Shown: piece by piece, positions 45,412-51,691 of the stretch
How positions within the stretch are numbered: the first letter of the stretch is position 1
Layout: each line of letters opens with the position of its first letter
Assembly (NCBI GenBank): GCA_041742965.1
Contig: JBGTNQ010000010.1
Location: forward strand, 38,079-102,078
Length of the DNA: 64,000 nucleotides
From: Minisyncoccia bacterium
GTDB lineage: Bacteria; Patescibacteriota; Minisyncoccia; Phycocordibacterales; Zambryskibacteraceae
Direction of reading: 5' to 3'
Translations under genes and position numbers: made by a program
The notes under the pieces: generated by a model
Databases searched by the model: none
What the model was told of the DNA's origin: nothing
Seen by the model: the letters and a program-made list of their open reading frames with translations, nothing else

Positions 45412-46290
45412 ATGCATCAAATCTTGCTTTATTATAAATATGTTCCTATAGAAGATCCCGAATCTCTGGTGAAATCACAGAGGGAGCTTTGTGAGCGTCT
45501 AGGGCTTAAAGGTAGGATTATTATCGCTAGCGAGGGCATAAATGGCACCGTAGAGGGTACAAAAGAAGCAACAGAGGAGTATATGAAAAAGCTTTCTTCT
45601 GACAGGCGTTTCGCTGATATAAATTTTAAGATAGACGAGAGTAATGGTGAGTCTTTTCCAAAACTTTCGGTGAAATTAAGAAAGGAGATTGTTTCGTCGC
45701 ACTTGGGAGATGAAGATGTAAAACCATGGGAGACTACCGGCAGGCACCTTTCGGCGGATGAGTTACAAAGCTGGATAGATTCTGGTAAAGATTTTGTGAT
45801 TGTAGATATGCGAAATGATTATGAATACAAGATTGGGCACTTTGAAGGTTCTGTAAATCCTAAAATGGATAATTTTAGAGATTTACCTGATGCTGTTTCT
45901 AATCTCGAGAAAATAAAAGAGAAGCCGGTTCTTTCTGTTTGTACTGGTGGCGTTAGATGTGAAAAGGCTTCTGGATATTTAATTAAAAAAGGATTTAAAG
46001 AAGTTTATCAGCTTGAAAACGGTATTGTGAGTTATATGAAAAAGTATCCCAACCAAGCTTTCAAAGGTAAGCTCTATGTTTTTGATAAAAGGATTGCAGT
46101 AGACTTCGATAATCCAGACAATCACACGGTGGTAGGGAAGTGCGATATTTGTGAATCTCCGACAGAAAGGTATGTTAATTGCAGGAACAAAGAATGCAAT
46201 GCTCATTTTCTGGTTTGCGAAACTTGCGAGACAGAAAAGGGAGTATTTTGTAGTGAGGGGTGTAAGGAGAGCGTTGCATTGGCTGTTTAA
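45412..46290 (+). CDS. trhO: Rhodanese-domain tRNA U34 hydroxylase TrhO (YceA/UPF0176) with Cys-rich C-terminus
   Basis: MHQILLYYKYVPIEDPE N-terminus, rhodanese domain with CTGGVRCEKA, and a C-terminal Cys-rich region (CDICES...CETCETEKGVFCSEGC). Confidence 0.75.
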   Translation: MHQILLYYKYVPIEDPESLVKSQRELCERLGLKGRIIIASEGINGTVEGTKEATEEYMKKLSSDRRFADINFKIDESNGESFPKLSVKLRKEIVSSHLGDEDVKPWETTGRHLSADELQSWIDSGKDFVIVDMRNDYEYKIGHFEGSVNPKMDNFRDLPDAVSNLEKIKEKPVLSVCTGGVRCEKASGYLIKKGFKEVYQLENGIVSYMKKYPNQAFKGKLYVFDKRIAVDFDNPDNHTVVGKCDICESPTERYVNCRNKECNAHFLVCETCETEKGVFCSEGCKESVALAV

Positions 46291-47065
46291 GTTCTATTTT
46301 ACTTGCATTTTGGGTCAAAGTGTGCTATATAATAATTGTGTGAAGTTCGTTGAAATACTAATTTAGCCCCAAGTTTTGCTCCGCAAAACTTGGGTCGGAA
46401 CCTCTTTTCTTGTTTCTGGATTTGCCAAAAGCTAGTCCACAAACAAGAGGGGGGTAGCCTGATTATGGGCTGTCTGGTTCTTGTCCGAACCAGATAACGC
46501 TTCTCTCAATGTAATCCGTATGAAAATTTTACGAGTCATTGGGCTGGGGCTGTTCATAATCATGCTTCAGTTCCTTGTTCCGCGAATCTTCGCTGGATTC
46601 GAGAACACCCTCCTCGTGTTCTTTGATACACTCGAAAGTGTCCTTGGTTCTGCCAAGGATATCTCTCAAGCTGGCGCTTTTACACCTCTTTCGAGGTGAT
46701 AAATCGCAACCCCGTTGCCCACAAGGTGACGGGGTTCGTGTTTTTGGATTTTTTGTCTAAACCAATGATCAAGTGGACAAAAAGACTAAAAAATGGGATA
46801 TTTTAGTTTCGATAAATATGGCTTAATAGGGCCATACAAATGACTATTTTCACATAAAAAGCATTGACAATTAGATTGAAAGGTGCTAAGATTAATACAA
46901 CTCAGTTAATTGCTGAGTTTTCGTTTTTAAAGGGCTAATATTCTTTAAATTCAATTTCCGGACCTGACAGAATTAGAAGTAACCCAAATAAGTATTTTAA
47001 ATTTAAGCACAGTTGGTCTTCTCGCAGTAGTTTCAGGCTTTAATGTCTTTGGAACACCGGCTGAA

Positions 47066-47440
47066 ATGCCTATTCCCATAGAACCTACTCCTTTAGCTGA
47101 TGCATATCAGGATAGGAAACCGAGAACGACTAAGCAGATTGTCACCGAGTATTTCGCTGATACCCCGATAATGATAGATATTGCTCGATGTGAATCAGAG
47201 TTTCGCCAGACAGATGGAAATGGGAATCTCCTTCGTGGGGTTGTAAACCGTTCAGATGTCGGCGTAATGCAGATTAACGAATACTACCATTTGAAGGATT
47301 CAAAGAAACTTGGTTTAGACATTCATACAATTGAAGGAAATATGGCGTATGCAAGGCATCTCTATGAGAAGCAGGGTGCACGACCATGGATCGCTTCATC
47401 CGCTTGTTGGGCGAAATATTCCAATATAGCGAAGAACTAA
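47066..47440 (+). CDS. Lysozyme-like/lytic-transglycosylase-domain protein (124 aa from the first ATG; likely longer)
   Basis: IARCESEF...DVGVMQINEYYH matches the SLT family-1 catalytic Glu-Ser region. An in-frame hydrophobic segment upstream (47012-47065) has no canonical start codon. Confidence 0.5.
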   Translation: MPIPIEPTPLADAYQDRKPRTTKQIVTEYFADTPIMIDIARCESEFRQTDGNGNLLRGVVNRSDVGVMQINEYYHLKDSKKLGLDIHTIEGNMAYARHLYEKQGARPWIASSACWAKYSNIAKN

Positions 47441-47441
47441 A

Positions 47442-47475
47442 AACAACCCCGTCGCTCGCGAGCGACGGGGTTGTT
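47442..47475. terminator. Bidirectional terminator (14-bp stem aacaaccccgtcgc/gcgacggggttgtt)
   Basis: Between convergent genes ending at 47440 and 47476. Confidence 0.7.
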
Positions 47476-47937
47476 TTACTGAGAGATTGTTCGGTTTGGT
47501 GTTGGGAGGGTTTCCTTTGAGATCTTTCGTGCGATGAGTGCGAAGATAAAGAGAAGGGTAGAGGTTCCGGCTGAGACGAGACAATACGAACAGAGGGCAT
47601 TAAGAACAAATACCTGTAGTCCTACGAGCCATATAGAGAATACAAAACCAGAAGAAGTAATCCAAGGAAGTGCCTCGAGCACTCTTTTTTGTTTTTTATC
47701 TACATAGAAAAGCCACAAAGCTAGAACACAGAGGTAGTACAGCGCCCCCAAGAGGGCAATAGGGATGCCTAGTATTGTTGCATATTGGCTTGTGGTCACA
47801 ACATCACACCCGCCAGTTACAAAGCAAGGGGGGATAGCTTTTAGGAAGAAATTTGTTGTTAAATATGTAGCATCAAGAAAACCAATAAATCCAGTTACAA
47901 AGATTGATATCGTGAGCCAAAGTGGTATGGGTTTCAT
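47476..47937 (-). CDS. Vitamin K epoxide reductase (VKOR) family protein
   Basis: Five TM helices. CxxC active site (CFVTGGC) and the loop Cys pair (CSYC). Confidence 0.8.
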   Translation of the reverse strand: MKPIPLWLTISIFVTGFIGFLDATYLTTNFFLKAIPPCFVTGGCDVVTTSQYATILGIPIALLGALYYLCVLALWLFYVDKKQKRVLEALPWITSSGFVFSIWLVGLQVFVLNALCSYCLVSAGTSTLLFIFALIARKISKETLPTPNRTISQ

Positions 47938-47941
47938 TGGA

Positions 47942-48616
47942 TTATTCAGTATTTGTAGCTTTCTCTATTTCTTGAGCAATAAGGTCCCTAAAGGCCTCGT
48001 AGCTTCCAGGATTGGCTATTTTGTTTCCGTTTAAGTAAAAGGTAGGCGTTGAATTAAGTCCGTTATCAACCGCAAATTGATTGTCTCTTCTCACCCTGTC
48101 TCTTGGTGAATCTGAGTTTATGTCCTCATCATATTTATTCATATCTAAGCCTATTAATTCTGCGTATTCTCTGAAGGCGCCCTTGCCAGTTGTGGGGTTC
48201 CATTTAGATTGATTATCAAACAGGGCGTCATGCATTTCCCAGAATTTTCCTTGGAGATTCGCTGCTTCTGATGCAATGGCAGCGTTCTCTGCTTGGAAGT
48301 GAATAGCCTTTAGTGGAAAGTGCCTGTATATGAATTGCAGATCATTTGGGAATTCTTTGACCAGCTCACCTATTATAGGGTAGTAGGCTGCACAGGCTGG
48401 ACACTGGAAATCACTGAATTCCATAAGGGTAACTTTTGGATTTTCCGCGCCCTTTTTGTGGTCGTCAGAGGCTATGGTGAAATCTATTGTGTCTTTAGCT
48501 ATCCCAGTAGGAGAGGGGAGTGAGCTATTTTTTGAGGCAAAACCCATAGCCACAAATGCTCCGACCAATAAGACCGCAAAACCAACACCCCATATATTTT
48601 TTCTGATGAATGACAT
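47942..48616 (-). CDS. DsbA-family thiol:disulfide oxidoreductase
   Basis: Signal anchor, thioredoxin fold with CPAC active site (FSDFQCPACAAY). Adjacent to VKOR. Confidence 0.8.
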   Translation of the reverse strand: MSFIRKNIWGVGFAVLLVGAFVAMGFASKNSSLPSPTGIAKDTIDFTIASDDHKKGAENPKVTLMEFSDFQCPACAAYYPIIGELVKEFPNDLQFIYRHFPLKAIHFQAENAAIASEAANLQGKFWEMHDALFDNQSKWNPTTGKGAFREYAELIGLDMNKYDEDINSDSPRDRVRRDNQFAVDNGLNSTPTFYLNGNKIANPGSYEAFRDLIAQEIEKATNTE

Positions 48617-48762
48617 AGTTTTTGATTTAATTCGTATTAACAGAACTTTATTGTAGCTTAAAAAATAGTGATGGGGTAGGTATTGCTTTTTATTTTTTAA
48701 TGTTGTATTATCTATATTGGAAGTTCGTTTTGTTGTACGTCTACCACTCTTACCATGGAGAT

Positions 48763-49215
48763 ATTATGAGTAGTGAGAACACCATCTGTGAGCGTGGCAC
48801 CCTGTCTCTCCTCCCTCGGCCATCTGGAATGTTGCAAAGGCACCACGATGTGTTGAAGTTTTGTTTTATCGGTGAGACACTTTACGCCGTTCCTTTTCAT
48901 GGTTCGGTAGTGGTGTATCATCACGAGGCGCTTGAAGAAGTCGTGAGTGTGGGCTTCAGCAAGACTGCGGATGTTGTGGTGTCGACTGATACTCTGGCAA
49001 TCATCCAGGATTCATCAAGGAGGCTCCTTAGGGCGTTCGATCGAACTCGGCCCCATGAAGGGTCAGAGTCTGAAGGAAGTCATGTTACTGATTCCGAGCA
49101 CCCACTTGGTGACAAGGCGGTAGGCCGAGCTATCGAGCGCCCATCAGGACTACTGACTGACTCTTTTCGGGAAACCCAGCTGGGGCGTACCATTGGGATT
49201 GGTATGATGCAATAG
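48763..49215 (+). CDS. Hypothetical protein (150 aa), GC-rich cassette-type gene
   Basis: GGAG 6 nt before ATG 48763. GC-rich. Hairpin ggcccc...ggggcc at 49240-49268. Confidence 0.4.
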   Translation: MMSSENTICERGTLSLLPRPSGMLQRHHDVLKFCFIGETLYAVPFHGSVVVYHHEALEEVVSVGFSKTADVVVSTDTLAIIQDSSRRLLRAFDRTRPHEGSESEGSHVTDSEHPLGDKAVGRAIERPSGLLTDSFRETQLGRTIGIGMMQ

Positions 49216-49294
49216 CTACGTTTTCTCTGTGAAATTTTGGGCCCCGGACAATTGCGTCTGGGGCCTTGTTCTTATCCACAGTCCTTTCTTGCGA

Positions 49295-49310
49295 GTGAAC
49301 TCTAGTTCAC
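49295..49310. promoter_or_regulatory. LexA operator (Cheo-box type GAAC-N4-GTTC) overlapping a TATAAT -10 element
   Basis: gtGAACtctaGTTCac immediately followed by ttataat, 240 nt upstream of lexA. Confidence 0.55.
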
Positions 49311-49357
49311 TTATAATAAATTTATCAAATAAATTAGTTACTAACAGAAAAACTTTT

Positions 49358-49549
49358 ATGAGCAAAACACAACTTCTTTCCACAATCACAAAAGAGATAG
49401 AGGAGATCAATCATGAGATTGATTGGAAGATAATCAAAGGCCTCTCATATAAGAGGGAAGCGAAGAGGCACAAACTCCTCCTCTCCATACTTCATAGTAT
49501 GGAGAGGAGGCAAGGGCCTTCATATAGCTTCTTTTCATTTCTTCTATAA
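49358..49549 (+). CDS. Possible small SOS-regulated protein (63 aa) between the LexA box and lexA
   Basis: ORF MSKTQLLSTITKEIEEINHEIDWK... ends 2 nt before the lexA start. No clear ribosome-binding site. Confidence 0.25.
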   Translation: MSKTQLLSTITKEIEEINHEIDWKIIKGLSYKREAKRHKLLLSILHSMERRQGPSYSFFSFLL

Positions 49550-49551
49550 AC

Positions 49552-50130
49552 ATGAACACCAAAAAACAAGAACAAAGAGATAGGTTGCTAGATTTCTACA
49601 AAAAAAACAGGAGAATGCCCGGGTATCAGGAGATTATGTCTCTTTTAGGATTCAAATCTAAAAACTCCGTTCATAAATTTATTTCTTGGCTGGTAGAAGA
49701 GGGTATAGTGTCCAAGGATTCTCGTGGCAAGATAACTCCAAACTCTCGATTTGATGAGATACCAATATTGGGTCTCGTAGAGGCTGGTATGCCATCTCTG
49801 GCAGAGCAAGATGAGCTAGACACCATAAGTATCGAGGACTTGGTTATAGATGATAAAGAAAAAAGTTACATTTTGGAGGTCAAGGGTGACTCGATGATTG
49901 ATGCACACATTGCAGAGGGTGATTATGTGCTCGTGGAACGAAAAGGAGAGCCTAGGGTAGGGGACATAGTCATAGCAGAGATTGATGGTGGTTGGACAAT
50001 GAAATATTTTCGTAAAGACAAGAAGGGCAGACCCTATCTGGAGCCCGCAAATAAAAATTATGACAATATGTATCCTGAAGAAAGTTTCAATGTGGTAGCA
50101 ATCGTGAAGGCTGTCATAAGAAAGTTCTGA
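49552..50130 (+). CDS. lexA: LexA repressor
   Basis: N-terminal wHTH, S24 peptidase domain (GDSMIDAHI Ser, RKDKKG Lys region). Confidence 0.9.
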   Translation: MNTKKQEQRDRLLDFYKKNRRMPGYQEIMSLLGFKSKNSVHKFISWLVEEGIVSKDSRGKITPNSRFDEIPILGLVEAGMPSLAEQDELDTISIEDLVIDDKEKSYILEVKGDSMIDAHIAEGDYVLVERKGEPRVGDIVIAEIDGGWTMKYFRKDKKGRPYLEPANKNYDNMYPEESFNVVAIVKAVIRKF

Positions 50131-50497
50131 TACTTCAAAGGAGTGTTGGACGCTGGGAGTATAGTGACCACGATACTTAGGGGATGTCTAGTTTGAGGTG
50201 ACTGTGGATAAGAATATGAGTGTCGCACAATATATCTTTTCCGACTCTAAACAATAAAAAATATGGCTAGAATACTCAGCGGCCCTTCCCTACAGTATTT
50301 TAGGAAATTAAACCCTTACATCTAATTAATTTATATATCTGAACCCGCCTCTATCTTGGGTGTTGTCCTATGCCTACATTCTTCCCTTCAAGCCTAACAG
50401 TATAAAAATAAGATTATTGGAGATTTTGAGCCATACTCAAATTTGGTCTTCCCTACTAAAAAACTATTTTGTAAGAGATCTCTAAAAAAAGTTTGAC

Positions 50498-50902
50498 TTA
50501 TTTGACCCTTGATATGATGGCAGAACCAACATGATCTATTATTTCATCAGGAACTATTGAAGCTTTGACAATGTATCTGAAGGCTCCAAGTTTCATTCCT
50601 TTTTCTATATGAGACGGTTCGCTGAGATTTGAAAGTATAATAACGGGAATACTTTTGAGTTTATCATTTGACTTTATTTGCTCTAATACTTTGAAACCAT
50701 CTATTCCTCCAGGAAACATTATGTCTAGTAGTATTACATCTGGTGAATCTTGTTCTAGACTAGAAATAGCATCGTCCCCGTTTTCGCAATTATTTAAAAT
50801 ACTTCCAGCTTTAGTAAGTTTGTCTTTTATTATTTTGGTCAAAAATTTATCGTCTTCAACCAGGAAAATCTTTTTACCATTTATTGCTTCTAGGCTCTTC
50901 AT
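50498..50902 (-). CDS. Stand-alone response regulator receiver domain (CheY-like)
   Basis: KIFLVEDD acidic pocket, phospho-acceptor Asp in VILLDIMFPG, conserved Ser and Lys. Confidence 0.85.
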   Translation of the reverse strand: MKSLEAINGKKIFLVEDDKFLTKIIKDKLTKAGSILNNCENGDDAISSLEQDSPDVILLDIMFPGGIDGFKVLEQIKSNDKLKSIPVIILSNLSEPSHIEKGMKLGAFRYIVKASIVPDEIIDHVGSAIISRVK

Positions 50903-50929
50903 CTTAGTTTAATAGGTATCAAAATTATA

Positions 50930-51691
50930 TCACAAGTTTTTGTCTATTGGCAATATGATTTTGAATACAGTTCCTAGTCCCTCTGTACTATCAAAGTCTA
51001 TATCCCCACCATGTTTTTCTACAATATATTTTGATATAAAGAGGCCCAGCCCAGTTCCTCCCATGTCTGCTTCCTTTGCGTTTTTACCTCTGAAGAATTT
51101 TTTGAAGACATCTTTTTTATCCTCTTCTGGTATTCCTATACCAGTATCTGTTACAGAGACTTCAATTTTATTTTGAGGTTTTTCCTCTATTTTGACTGAT
51201 ACGGAGCCTCCATCTGCTGTATAAAGAACAGCATCTCCTATTATATTTTCAAAAACATAGTTTATTTTTTCTTCGTCAGCTATTATCTCAGGAAAGTTCT
51301 GGGAGGTTTCTTCTACGGACATCTTTAAAGATTTTTTTCTTATTTCTGGTTCTAATCTCTTTATTATTTTACTTATAAGTTTATTTAAATTGATCTTTGA
51401 AAGATTTAACTTAAATACCCCGCCAATCTCTTTTTCAGTCAATAGTATTCCCTTGACTATCTTTATTGCTCGCTCATTGCTTTCATAGACGGTTTCTAGA
51501 ACTTCTCTCTGGGCGGGTGTTAGATTGTCGTTATTTTCGCCAAAAAGATAGTTTATAGCCCACTTATTTGTCGTCAAGGCTGTTTTGAGTTGGTGAATAG
51601 CTACAGTTACGAGCTCTGATTTTTCCGATCCGTTTGATCCCTTCTTATTGTGTTCTAAGTCCATATGTTTCGAAGTTGGGGGGCACAACAT
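50930..51691 (-). CDS. Cytoplasmic sensor histidine kinase (HisKA plus HATPase_c)
   Basis: G1/G2 boxes (DTGIGIPEE, GGTGLGLFISK), no TM segment. Start may be the ATG at 51664. Confidence 0.85.
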   Translation of the reverse strand: MLCPPTSKHMDLEHNKKGSNGSEKSELVTVAIHQLKTALTTNKWAINYLFGENNDNLTPAQREVLETVYESNERAIKIVKGILLTEKEIGGVFKLNLSKINLNKLISKIIKRLEPEIRKKSLKMSVEETSQNFPEIIADEEKINYVFENIIGDAVLYTADGGSVSVKIEEKPQNKIEVSVTDTGIGIPEEDKKDVFKKFFRGKNAKEADMGGTGLGLFISKYIVEKHGGDIDFDSTEGLGTVFKIILPIDKNL

